The notes below the pieces were generated by a model that saw only the letters and a program-made list of their open reading frames with translations, did no database searches and was not told the origin of the DNA. Shown one piece after another: positions 37,635-48,389 of a DNA stretch of 64,000 nucleotides. Each line of letters opens with the position of its first letter. Within the stretch, counting starts at the first letter, position 1. The stretch is from Blastocatellia bacterium (GTDB taxonomy: Bacteria > Acidobacteriota > Blastocatellia > HR10). Where the stretch lies: positions 3,120 through 67,119 of the forward strand of contig JANWYV010000022.1 of NCBI GenBank assembly GCA_025055075.1, read 5' to 3'. The translations under genes and the position numbers were made by a program.

Positions 37635-39128
37635 ATGAGGAAGACGGGCAAGATCGCAGGGCTTGTGGTGAGCTTGTGCCTCGCGTGGGGAGCCTCGCAG
37701 GCGTTGGCGCAAGGAGCAGGGACGCTCGTCATCACGTGCGTGGATGCGGCGGGTCAGCCGCTCAAGGACGTGAACGTCACGGTGATGAGCTTGCAGGTGC
37801 AGAGGGTCCTGGAGGCCAAGAGCGATAAAGAGGGAAAGGCCGTTTTCAAGAAGCTCGATCCGGGCGTGTATCGTGTGATCGGACGACGCAAGGGATACGA
37901 CCCGGTCTCTCGCGAACCGCTCACCGTGATCGCAGAGAAGGAGACGGCCGTGACCCTGCACTTTCAAGCGGGCGAGATGACCAAGAGGCTCTACTTCGAG
38001 GACCCGGCACTCATTCAGCAAGCGAATCAGCTCTTGCAAGAGGGCTTCCAGGCCCTGCAGCAGCAACGTTTTTCCGAGGCCGCCGAGAAGTTGGAACGAC
38101 TGCTCCAAATCGCTCCGGGGAATGCCGAAGCGCGATTCTTCTACGGTGTGGCGCTCGCGCAACAGCGAAAGTGGGATGAAGGCGAGCGACAGATCCGCAT
38201 GGCCGTCGAGATGAATCCCAACGAGGCCCGGTATCGGGAGGTGATGGAGCGACTGCCGGAATTCCGCAAACGCGATGAGTTGCACGAGGCGGGGCAACGG
38301 GCGATGCAGAATCGCGATTTCAAGACGGCTATTGCCAAGTTCTCCGAGCTGCTCGCTTTGCAGCCGGAGAATACGGACGTCCGCTACAATCTCGCTCTCG
38401 CCTACGCCAATGATGGTCAGTACGACAAGGCCATCGAAGTCATTGACGAGGCGATTCGGCAGCGACCGCAAGAGGCGGAGTATCAGCGCTTGAAGAGCCA
38501 AATTCTCGAACACAAGGAATACGCCACGATTCAAAAGGCGAACGAGATCCTGGCCGAGGGCGATCAACTGCTGCGCGATGGAAAGTATCAGGAGGCGTTG
38601 CAAAAGTACGAGGCGGCGCGCCAGATGATCTCGCGCGAGGAGCCTTCGATCTGGTTCGCCATGGGCCGATGCTATGTCGGCCTGCAGCAGACGGACAAGG
38701 CCATCGCCGCCTATCGCAAGGCCATCGAGCTGAACCCGCGCAAGCCGGAATACCATCAAGCGCTCGCGCTGCTCTATTTGAACGAGGGGCGCTTGTCCGA
38801 CGCCATTCGCGCGTACACGGAGGCCTACACGCAATTGGGCGAGCCCGTGGATGAGCGCCTCTTCGAGTTGGGCCAACGACTCGTTCAAGAGAACAAGCTC
38901 GAGATGGCCGCTCAAGTCTTCGAGCGCGTGCTCGAGCTGAATCCGAACCACGCCGAGAGCTACTACGAATTGGGCGTCTACAACTTCTACAACGCCGACA
39001 AGGGGCGGGCGCGGGTGCTCCTGACCAAGTACGTCGAAATTGGGAAGGATCCCAAGCATCTGGAGGACGCTAAGAACATCCTCGCCGTGATGGAACGCCA
39101 GACGCGGCCGCGACCTCGACGGCGATGA
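37635..39128 (+). CDS. Secreted protein with carboxypeptidase-regulatory-like domain followed by TPR repeats
   Basis: Signal peptide. CarbopepD_reg-like segment (VDAAGQPLKDVNVTVMS...KEGKAVFKKLDPGVYRV). About 8 TPR units. GAGGAGG RBS. Confidence 0.7.
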   Translation: MRKTGKIAGLVVSLCLAWGASQALAQGAGTLVITCVDAAGQPLKDVNVTVMSLQVQRVLEAKSDKEGKAVFKKLDPGVYRVIGRRKGYDPVSREPLTVIAEKETAVTLHFQAGEMTKRLYFEDPALIQQANQLLQEGFQALQQQRFSEAAEKLERLLQIAPGNAEARFFYGVALAQQRKWDEGERQIRMAVEMNPNEARYREVMERLPEFRKRDELHEAGQRAMQNRDFKTAIAKFSELLALQPENTDVRYNLALAYANDGQYDKAIEVIDEAIRQRPQEAEYQRLKSQILEHKEYATIQKANEILAEGDQLLRDGKYQEALQKYEAARQMISREEPSIWFAMGRCYVGLQQTDKAIAAYRKAIELNPRKPEYHQALALLYLNEGRLSDAIRAYTEAYTQLGEPVDERLFELGQRLVQENKLEMAAQVFERVLELNPNHAESYYELGVYNFYNADKGRARVLLTKYVEIGKDPKHLEDAKNILAVMERQTRPRPRRR

Positions 39129-39129
39129 T

Positions 39130-39984
39130 CTAGATCATCGGGAGAGGGCTATCCCGCGTTGGCGGGGGGAACACTTCATCCAGGGCTGCGAGGTCCTCAG
39201 GAGCGAGCGTCCAGCCGACAGCCTCGGCGTTCTCTCGAACGTGCTCGGGACGACTGGCTTTCGGAATCGTGAACACGTTCGGTCGCCGTGTGAGGAAATT
39301 GAGCGCGACCTGATGCGGGGTCTTCCCATATTTCGCCCCGATCTCGGCGAGCACGCGTCCACCGCGGCTTCTCGGTGACGGGAAATCCCCGCTCCCGAAG
39401 GGAGAATATCCGACGATGGCGATGCCCTGTTGCTCGCAATAGGGGAGCAAGCGGTATTCGATGTGACGCGCCTTCAGGTGGTAACAGACTTGATCGCACA
39501 CGATCCGCTCGCGCGCCAGCGCGCGTTGAGCGCGTTCCAATTGCTCGACAGTGAAGTTGCTCACCCCGATGAAGCGGATCTTCCCAGCCGCCACCAAGTC
39601 CTCCATCGCGCGCATCGTCTCTTCGATCGGGTGACGATCGCTCCACCAGTGGACGAGATAGAGGTCGAGATAATCGGTGCGCAAGCGACGCAAGCTCTGC
39701 TCACAAGCCCGAATCGTTCCCTTGTATGAAGCATGTTCGGGATAGACTTTGCTCACGAGGAAGACTTCGTGACGGCGTCCCGCGATGGCTTTTCCGACCA
39801 ATTCCTCCGTGCGTCCGTTCCCATAGATCTCGGCCGTGTCAATGTGCGTGAGGCCGAGATCCAACCCCAAGCGCAAGGCTTCGATCTCCTCCCGCTCGCG
39901 CGCGGCGCGTTCGCCCATGCGCCATGTCCCTTGACCGATGATCGGAACCTGAACGCCCGTGCGATCCAGTTCGCGCGTGAGCAT
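39130..39984 (-). CDS. Aldo/keto reductase
   Basis: AKR motifs (IGQGTW, THIDTAEIYGNG, LVSKV, GVSNF). 284 aa. Confidence 0.85.
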   Translation of the reverse strand: MLTRELDRTGVQVPIIGQGTWRMGERAAREREEIEALRLGLDLGLTHIDTAEIYGNGRTEELVGKAIAGRRHEVFLVSKVYPEHASYKGTIRACEQSLRRLRTDYLDLYLVHWWSDRHPIEETMRAMEDLVAAGKIRFIGVSNFTVEQLERAQRALARERIVCDQVCYHLKARHIEYRLLPYCEQQGIAIVGYSPFGSGDFPSPRSRGGRVLAEIGAKYGKTPHQVALNFLTRRPNVFTIPKASRPEHVRENAEAVGWTLAPEDLAALDEVFPPPTRDSPLPMI

Positions 39985-40004
39985 GGATCAGCCCTCGCGC
40001 GCGT

Positions 40005-40403
40005 TCACCACCAGCCCAATTGCAAGCGCGCCGTCTCGCTCATCCGATCCGGCGTCCACGGCGGATCCCACACGAGCTCCACACGAGCATCAGTCACGCC
40101 TTCGATGCCGCGTAGCTTCGCCTCGACCTCGAGGGGAAGCGAGAAGGCGACCGGACATCCTGGGGCCGTGAGCGTCATGCGCACGGTCACCGCCCCTTCG
40201 GGCGTGATCTCGATGTCGTAGATGAGGCCGAGATCGTAGATGTTGACCGGAATCTCCGGATCGTAACAGGTCCGCAGCACCGCGATGATCTTCTCCCGCA
40301 GCTCCGCTGTGGACGTTGCCGACGTGGCCGAATCCGCCGAAGCATTGGACTCCGCAGGCGTCGTCACCGGTTCCGATGGCGATGTCGGTCGAATCTCCTC
40401 CAT
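40005..40403 (-). CDS. sufT: DUF59 / SufT-like Fe-S cluster assembly protein
   Basis: CYDPEIPVNIYDLGLIYDIEI...TAPGCP, the MIP18/DUF59 signature. Last gene of the suf operon. Confidence 0.75.
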   Translation of the reverse strand: MEEIRPTSPSEPVTTPAESNASADSATSATSTAELREKIIAVLRTCYDPEIPVNIYDLGLIYDIEITPEGAVTVRMTLTAPGCPVAFSLPLEVEAKLRGIEGVTDARVELVWDPPWTPDRMSETARLQLGWW

Positions 40404-40425
40404 AGATCCCCTCCCTCCGGCGGTC

Positions 40426-40878
40426 TCATTCAGTTGAGACCGTCTCGGCCTTCTGTTCGAGAGCCGCGCGCAAGGTGTGCCACGCGAGCGTCGCGCATTT
40501 GACGCGAACAGGATATTTCCGCACGCCGGCGAAGATCGCGAGCTTCCCCAATTCGGGAGCTTCGGCGACGTCGGAATCTTTGCTCGTGAGCAATTCGTGG
40601 AAGCGTTCGAACAGCGCTTCCGCTTCCGCGCGCGTCTTGCCCTTGACGCTCTCGGTCATCATCGAAGCCGAAGCTTGCGAGACGGCGCATCCCTGGCCTT
40701 GAAAGCGAATCTCGGCGATCCGGTCCCCTTCCATCCGCAGGTAGACGACGACCTTGTCTCCACAGAGCGGGTTATGCCCGACGGCCGTATGATCGGCGTC
40801 TTCCAGGACACCGAAATTTCGCGGTCGCTTACTGTGATCGAGCAATACCTCTTGATAGAGATCGCGCAGATCGGTCAT
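40426..40878 (-). CDS. sufU: SUF-type Fe-S cluster scaffold (zinc-dependent sulfurtransferase)
   Basis: NPLCGD...[13 protein letters not shown]...ATLAW cysteine ligand pattern of SufU/IscU. Confidence 0.85.
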   Translation of the reverse strand: MTDLRDLYQEVLLDHSKRPRNFGVLEDADHTAVGHNPLCGDKVVVYLRMEGDRIAEIRFQGQGCAVSQASASMMTESVKGKTRAEAEALFERFHELLTSKDSDVAEAPELGKLAIFAGVRKYPVRVKCATLAWHTLRAALEQKAETVSTE

Positions 40879-42131
40879 AGCCCGAACACCTCCCGCGCCT
40901 TCTCCAAAGCCCTCACCAACGCGTCCACTTCCTCCCTCGTGTTGTAGAGGGCGAAAGAGGCGCGCGCCGTCGCCGGCACGCCGAAGCGCTCCATGACCGG
41001 TTGCGCGCAGTGATGACCCGCCCGAATGGCGATCCCTTCTTGATCCAAGATCGTCCCGATGTCGTGAGGATGGATGCCTTCGAGTGTGAATGAAAGGATG
41101 CTCGCTTTTTCACGTGCAGTGCCAATGAGGCGCACCCCCGGGATCCCTGAGATGGCTTCCGTGGCATATGTGAGCAAATCGCGCTCATGAGCCGCGATGG
41201 CCTCCAGGCCGAGCGCCGTCACATATTCGATCGCGGCGCCCAGACCAATGGCGCCTGCGATGTGCGGCGTCCCCGCCTCGAACTTGTAGGGCAGCCGATT
41301 GTAGGTCGTTCTCTCGAACGTCACCGAACTGATCATATCCCCCCCGCCCTGATACGGGGGCATCGCCTCCAGCCATTCCGCCTTCCCGTAGAGGACGCCG
41401 ATTCCCGTCGGCCCATAGAGCTTGTGCCCGGAGAACGCATAGAAGTCGCAATCGAGCTCCTGCACGTCCACTTTCAGATGGGCGACGGCTTGCGCGCCAT
41501 CGAGCAAAACTGGGATGCCCCGTTCATGGGCGAGTCGGATGATCTCCCGAACGGGAACGATCGTCCCCAGGGCATTCGACAAGTGCGTGATGGCGACGAG
41601 CCGCGTGCGTGGATTCAGAAGTCGCTCGAATTCCTCCAGCAGCAGTTCTCCCGCATCGTTGATCGGAGCGACGCGAAGCCGCGCGCCCGTCTCCTCACAG
41701 AGGATCTGCCACGGCACGATGTTCGAGTGATGTTCCATGGCCGAGATGAGGATCTCATCGCCCGCTCGCACGTATCGCCGGCCGAAGCTATGGGCCACCA
41801 GATTGATCGCTTCAGTTGTCCCTCGGACGAAGACGATCTCCTGCTCGGATCGGGCGTTGAGGAATCGTCGGACGCTCTCCCGCGCGCGCTCATAAGCTTC
41901 GGTCGCTCGTTGACTCAACGTGTGCACGCCCCGATGCACATTCGAGCAGTCCTCTTCGTAGAAGCGTCGCACCGCTTCTAGAACCTGGCGCGGCTTCTGC
42001 GTCGTGGCCGCGTTATCCAAATAAACGAGGGGTTTTCCGTTCACCTGCTGCCACAAGGCTGGGAAATCCTCTCGAACATGCCTCACATCAAAAGACGTCG
42101 TGGACGAACAGGCCGGATTCACAGCGTTCAT
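40875..42131 (-). CDS. sufS: Cysteine desulfurase, SufS class
   Basis: [15 protein letters not shown]-lysine region [16 protein letters not shown], and class-[11 protein letters not shown] active-site loop. ATG 42131 has AAGGAG upstream. ATGA overlap with sufU. Confidence 0.9.
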   Translation of the reverse strand: MNAVNPACSSTTSFDVRHVREDFPALWQQVNGKPLVYLDNAATTQKPRQVLEAVRRFYEEDCSNVHRGVHTLSQRATEAYERARESVRRFLNARSEQEIVFVRGTTEAINLVAHSFGRRYVRAGDEILISAMEHHSNIVPWQILCEETGARLRVAPINDAGELLLEEFERLLNPRTRLVAITHLSNALGTIVPVREIIRLAHERGIPVLLDGAQAVAHLKVDVQELDCDFYAFSGHKLYGPTGIGVLYGKAEWLEAMPPYQGGGDMISSVTFERTTYNRLPYKFEAGTPHIAGAIGLGAAIEYVTALGLEAIAAHERDLLTYATEAISGIPGVRLIGTAREKASILSFTLEGIHPHDIGTILDQEGIAIRAGHHCAQPVMERFGVPATARASFALYNTREEVDALVRALEKAREVFGL

Positions 42132-43477
42132 AGCAACTCCTTGAGCTTCTCTCCTTCGGGCCACTCCGTCAAGACCCATTCCCCGACAGAGCGCCGCAAG
42201 GGACCAAAGGCGATCGTATTGAGGATGTCCGAGGCGAACGCATACGTGAGCATCTCGCGCGCCGTCTCCGCGTCCAAGCCGCGCGAGCGGCAATAGAAGA
42301 GCGCATCTTCGTCCAGATGCCCGGTGGTCGCGCCATGACTGCACTTCACATCATCGGCGAGGATCTGCAGGCGCGGATTCGTGTTGACCAACGCTTCGGT
42401 CGAGAGCAGCAAGTTCTTGTTCACTTGTCGGGCGTCGGTCTTCTGCGCCCCCGGGCGCACGACGATCGTCCCATCGAAGACCCCACGAGCTTCGTCGTCG
42501 AGGATGCCTTTGTAGAATTCACGGCTCGTGCCGTGTGGCGCCACATGCTCGATCACCGTATGGTGATCCACGAGCTGTTGGCCCCGCGCCCAGTAAAAGC
42601 CGTTCAACGTGCATTCGGCGCCTTCGCCTTTCAAGAGCGCCACGATGTCCGTCCGCGCCAACGCTCCTCCGAGTGCGATGGAGAAATCGAGGACCGTCGC
42701 CGTGCGTTCTTCCGTGATGCCCACGCTCGCGATGTGGAAGGCCGCGGAGCTTTCGCGCTGCACCTTATAATGCTGCACGATGGCGTTCTCCCCTGCCCAG
42801 ATCTCCGTGACGGCGTTGGTGAAGTACTGGCCATCGCCGAGACTCACATAGCTCTCGATGATCGTCGCTTGGCTATTTTCCTCGGCGAGGATCACATTCC
42901 GAGGATGGGTGACTATGGGCGCTCCCTCGTCGAGGGCGAGGAAAAGGAGATGAATAGGCGTCTCCACAATGGCACCTCGCGGGATTCGCACGAACGCCCC
43001 ATCAGTGAGGAAAGCCGCGTTCAGCGCGGCGAAGGCATTCGTCGTCCTTTCCTCCAGACTGGCCAAATAGGGCTTCACAAGATCCGGTTCCTCGCGAAGG
43101 AGCGCGCGGATTCCCCGCGCGAGGAGTCTCGGCGGATGATCGCCGGCCGGAATCTCTCCCACAAAATGTCCGTTCACGAAGACGAGATGATGCGCCATCC
43201 ATTCCCGATAAGGGGCGAGCCACTCCTCCAGGAGTGAGCGTTCTGATCGGGCGACGGCCAATTGAAACGGGACGCGCAGCATAGGCGCAAGGTTCGTGAA
43301 GCGCCATTCCTCTTGGCGCGTCGTCGGGAATCCCAAGGCCTCGAAGCGAGCAAAAGCCGCTTCTCGACGAGCCCGCAGCCATGCCGGCTCTTGCTGACGA
43401 ACGATTTCGTTCCATTCCGCGAAATGGGCCCGATATAGCGTCTTCTCTTCGCTTCGACCGAACATCGCGTCGTTCAT
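42128..43477 (-). CDS. sufD: Fe-S cluster assembly protein SufD
   Basis: SufB/SufD beta-helix family. ATGA overlaps at both ends (with sufC and with sufS). Confidence 0.85.
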   Translation of the reverse strand: MNDAMFGRSEEKTLYRAHFAEWNEIVRQQEPAWLRARREAAFARFEALGFPTTRQEEWRFTNLAPMLRVPFQLAVARSERSLLEEWLAPYREWMAHHLVFVNGHFVGEIPAGDHPPRLLARGIRALLREEPDLVKPYLASLEERTTNAFAALNAAFLTDGAFVRIPRGAIVETPIHLLFLALDEGAPIVTHPRNVILAEENSQATIIESYVSLGDGQYFTNAVTEIWAGENAIVQHYKVQRESSAAFHIASVGITEERTATVLDFSIALGGALARTDIVALLKGEGAECTLNGFYWARGQQLVDHHTVIEHVAPHGTSREFYKGILDDEARGVFDGTIVVRPGAQKTDARQVNKNLLLSTEALVNTNPRLQILADDVKCSHGATTGHLDEDALFYCRSRGLDAETAREMLTYAFASDILNTIAFGPLRRSVGEWVLTEWPEGEKLKELL

Positions 43478-44249
43478 GAGCGCAGCGAGCCGATGATCTC
43501 TTCGGCGATCCATCCGTAGCCTTTCTCTTCCAGCTCCAGGGCCAGCTCCTTCCCCCCCGATTTCACGATGCGGCCATCGTAGAGGACGTGCACGACATCC
43601 GGGGTGACGTAGTTGAGCAGCCGCTGATAGTGAGTGATGAGGACGATGGCGCGATCCGGATGGCGCAGGGCATTGATCCCCTGCGCGACGATGCGAAGGG
43701 CGTCAATGTCCAGACCCGAATCCGTCTCATCCAAGATGGCGAGCCTCGGCTCCAGCAGCGCCATTTGGAAGATCTCGTTCCGCTTCTTCTCCCCACCGGA
43801 GAAGCCATCGTTCACCGCCCGCTGCAGCAGGTTCTCGTCCAGCTCGACAAGCTTCGCCTTCTCGCGAGCGAGCGTGAGAAATTCCATGGCGTCCAGCTCC
43901 GGCAACCCCCGCTGCTTGCGGATGGTGTTCACGGCGGCTTTGAGGAAGTAGAGGTTGCTCACGCCCGGGATCTCGACCGGATATTGAAAGGCGAGGAAGA
44001 TCCCTCGGCGCGCCCGTTCCTCCGGGGGCATCAGCAAGAGGTCCTCCCCGTCGTAGAGGACTTCCCCTTCGACGATCTCATAGATCTCGCGTCCGGCTAA
44101 TACCTGAGCGAGAGTGCTCTTGCCAGAGCCATTGGGCCCCATGATCGAATGGACCTCTCCCGGATATACGGTCAGCGCGATCCCCTTGAGGATCTCCTGC
44201 CCGTCCACGCGAACGCGAAGGTTCCGAATCTCCAAAAGTGGTCGCTTGC

Positions 44250-44253
<4 letters not shown>
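43474..44253 (-). CDS. sufC: Fe-S cluster assembly ATPase SufC
   Basis: Walker [13 protein letters not shown] signature SGGEKKR, Walker B LAILDE. Confidence 0.9.
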
Positions 44254-45707
<1,454 letters not shown>

Positions 45708-45752
45708 CTCCTGGAATCCTCACTAAAAAGTCATCATTGCGCGCAAAAAACC

Positions 45753-46220
45753 TCACACGGCGATGAAGCTCGATCGGCCCGTCTCCAAGAGATCGCGCTC
45801 GACCTTTTGCTCATCGTGGAGCAAGGCCGAGAGAGGGATACGATCGAGCATGCTTTGAATGTAAAATGCCACGCGCCAGAGTGGTCGAATCCCACAATTG
45901 TTCACGTGGACGCAATAGTCCAAATTCCCCGTGAACTGATTGCAGATCTCGGCGTCGGAAACGAACCCGCCGAGCGCGCGGATGATCTCCCCGAGCGAGA
46001 TCTCCTGTGGCGAGCGACTCAAGCAATAACCACCACTTTGTCCACGCACGCTGCGGGTCAGACCGGCGCGACTGAGCAGATGCAGGAGCTTCTCCACATA
46101 AGCCGTCGAAAGCCCTTCACGCCGGGCGATCTCCCGAACGGTCAACGGTTCCCCTTCCGGCTGCAACGCCAGTTGCAGCAGGCAGCGAAGGCCATATTCC
46201 TCTTGCGCCGTAATCCGCAT
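45753..46220 (-). CDS. Rrf2-family transcriptional regulator (IscR/SufR-like), probable repressor of the suf operon
   Basis: Winged-HTH YGLRCLLQLA...LTVREIARREGLSTAYVEKLL, with a Cys triad near CNQFTGNLDYCVHVNNC. GGAGGGGG RBS upstream of ATG 46220. Confidence 0.85.
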   Translation of the reverse strand: MRITAQEEYGLRCLLQLALQPEGEPLTVREIARREGLSTAYVEKLLHLLSRAGLTRSVRGQSGGYCLSRSPQEISLGEIIRALGGFVSDAEICNQFTGNLDYCVHVNNCGIRPLWRVAFYIQSMLDRIPLSALLHDEQKVERDLLETGRSSFIAV

Positions 46221-46260
46221 CGCCCCCTCCAAGAACGACCACGCTCAAGTCTGGCAAAAC

Positions 46261-46277
46261 CTGACTAATTTGTCAAG
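46261..46277. promoter_or_regulatory. Candidate Rrf2 (IscR/SufR-type) operator CTGACTAATTTGTCAAG upstream of the suf operon
   Basis: Imperfect dyad CTGAC-N6-GTCAAG located 40 nt upstream of the regulator start codon, on the promoter side. Confidence 0.35.
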
Positions 46278-46419
46278 TTTCGCCGACCGTCTTTCCCCGT
46301 GATCGCCAGGACGGCCCTCCGAGGTCGGGCGTCCCCATGTCATTCGTGTGCTTGTTTTCCCGGGGAGTCGCCGATAAGATTAATGCTTTCGCGCGGTGCG
46401 GATACCGCGCGGTCGTGTA

Positions 46420-47181
46420 ATGATCTACGAACGCGTTACGGAGGAACTCAAGGAGCGATTTCGCGAAGCGTGGGCAGTCGCCGTGCTGACGGGGGCAGGA
46501 GTTTCAGCGGAAAGCGGTGTGCCGACGTTTCGCGGTGGCGGAGGGGCGCCCGTGTGGAAGGGGCTGCCGGTAGAGAAGATTGCGACCCCAGAGATGCTTC
46601 GCGCGGATCCGGTCACGTTCTGGGAATGGTATGCCTATCGTCGGGAAGTGATCGAACGGGCTGAGCCCAATCCGGCGCATCGAGCGATCGCCGCTTGGGA
46701 GCGACATTTCGAGCGGCTCACGGTGATCACGCAGAACGTGGATGGATTGCATCAACGAGCGGGAAGTCACAACGTGCTGGAATTGCACGGCAGTCTCTGG
46801 CGGGTTCGCTGCATGCGGTGTGACTTGAAGGCGGAAGATCGTCGTGTGCCGCTTCCGGAGATCCCGCCGCGCTGTTCGGCGTGCGGGGGGCTCTTGCGGC
46901 CTGATGTCGTCTTGTTCGGAGAGGCTGTGCCGGAGGCGATCTTCGCACAAGCGGTAGCGGCGACGGCGACGTGCGACCTTTTCCTCGTCGTTGGGACCTC
47001 GGCCGTGGTTTATCCGGCAGCCGCGCTCCCTGTGCTCGCCCAGCAGAATCGCGCGTTGGTGATCGAGGTGAACCCGGAGACGACGCCGATCACGGAGATC
47101 GCGGATATCACGATCCTCGGTCGAGCAGGAGAGGTCTTGCCGTTGCTCTCTCCGTCAGAAGGTGGAGTGGAGGACGAGTGA
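46420..47181 (+). CDS. cobB: NAD-dependent protein deacylase, sirtuin family
   Basis: GAGVSAESGVPTFRG, QNVDGLH, and zinc ribbon CxxC...CxxC (CMRCD...CSACGG). Confidence 0.85.
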   Translation: MIYERVTEELKERFREAWAVAVLTGAGVSAESGVPTFRGGGGAPVWKGLPVEKIATPEMLRADPVTFWEWYAYRREVIERAEPNPAHRAIAAWERHFERLTVITQNVDGLHQRAGSHNVLELHGSLWRVRCMRCDLKAEDRRVPLPEIPPRCSACGGLLRPDVVLFGEAVPEAIFAQAVAATATCDLFLVVGTSAVVYPAAALPVLAQQNRALVIEVNPETTPITEIADITILGRAGEVLPLLSPSEGGVEDE

Positions 47182-48389
47182 TGGGGCGCACGCTCTACTT
47201 CGACTGTTTCGCGGGAGCGAGCGGCGACATGATCTTGGGGGCGCTGCTCGACCTCGGTCTGGATTTCGACGCGCTCAGAAGCGAATTAGCGAAGCTGCCG
47301 CTTCGCGGATATGAATTGCGGCGGAGCGAAGTTCGCCGCGCGCACCTGCGGGGTACGAAATTCGATGTGTGGATCGAGGGAGAGGATCATGCGCACGCTC
47401 ACGGGGCGGGACATCCGCATCGGCGGCTTGAGGAGATCGTGCAAATCATTCGAGCGTCAGAACTCTCGGAGAGGGTGAAGAGACGAGCGGAGGAGGTCTT
47501 CCACCGATTGGCGCAGGCCGAGGCGCGGGCGCACGGATGTGCCGTCGAGGAGGTCACCTTTCACGAAGTGGGTGCCGTGGATTCGATCGTGGATATCGTG
47601 GGCGCGTGCGTGGGGTTCGAGCTATTGGGGATCGAGCGATTTCTCGCGTCGCCGGTTCACTTGGGGCGAGGATTCCTCGGATGCGCGCATGGGCGATATC
47701 CGGTTCCAGTTCCAGCGACGGCAGAGTTACTCAAAGGGGCGCGCGTGTACACGAGCGACATTGAGGCGGAGCTGGTGACGCCGACAGGAGCGGCGCTGCT
47801 GGCGACGTTTTGCGAGGACTTCGGGCCGATGCCGGAGATGCGTCTGGAGGGGATCGGCTATGGAGCAGGAACCCGGGATTTCCCCGATTTTCCGAATCTC
47901 CTGCGGGTGATGCTTGGGGAGACGCGTGCGGCGTCGGGACGGGAGCGCTTACTCATGCTCGAAACCAACTTGGACGATGCCAGCCCGCAGATCCTCGGCC
48001 ACGTCGTGGAGCGAGCGTTGCAGGCAGGGGCGCTCGAGGCCTTCGCCGTTCCTGTCGTGATGAAGAAAGGGAGATTGGGGACGCTGCTCACCCTCCTGTG
48101 TCGGCCCGAGGATCGAGAGGCGCTCTTGACGCTCCTTTTTCGCGAGACGCCGACGCTCGGCGTGCGCTTCTATGAGGTTGAGCGGCGCGCGTTGGCCCGC
48201 GAGGTGGTCTCGGTGGAGACGCCGTATGGGCCGATCCCGGTGAAGGTCGCCACCTTGGACGGTGAGATCGTGAACGCGGCCCCGGAGTTCGATGTCTGTC
48301 GGCAGGCAGCCGAGCGCCATCGGGTGCCGGTGCGAGAAGTCATGCTGGCGGCGCTTGTGGCATTTCGGCGCCGCGACAGGGAGGGGTGA
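47181..48389 (+). CDS. larC: LarC-family nickel insertion protein (nickel-pincer nucleotide cofactor biosynthesis; DUF111)
   Basis: LYFDCFAGASGDMILGALLDLG N-terminus and the H-rich region HAHAHGAGHPHRRLEE characteristic of LarC. ATGA-type overlap with the cobB stop, according to the ORF track. Confidence 0.7.
   Translation: MGRTLYFDCFAGASGDMILGALLDLGLDFDALRSELAKLPLRGYELRRSEVRRAHLRGTKFDVWIEGEDHAHAHGAGHPHRRLEEIVQIIRASELSERVKRRAEEVFHRLAQAEARAHGCAVEEVTFHEVGAVDSIVDIVGACVGFELLGIERFLASPVHLGRGFLGCAHGRYPVPVPATAELLKGARVYTSDIEAELVTPTGAALLATFCEDFGPMPEMRLEGIGYGAGTRDFPDFPNLLRVMLGETRAASGRERLLMLETNLDDASPQILGHVVERALQAGALEAFAVPVVMKKGRLGTLLTLLCRPEDREALLTLLFRETPTLGVRFYEVERRALAREVVSVETPYGPIPVKVATLDGEIVNAAPEFDVCRQAAERHRVPVREVMLAALVAFRRRDREG

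Noticed and set aside
47151-47184. Possible cobB-larC gene fusion suggested by my reading of the printed bases (three consecutive A at 47159..47161)
   Set aside because: The supplied ORF track gives cobB ending in SEGGVEDE* and larC starting RVMGRTLYF. That is only consistent with two A residues at this point. Downstream coordinates (metG start 48389) agree with the track. I attribute the discrepancy to my misreading and follow the track (ATGA junction at 47179..47183).
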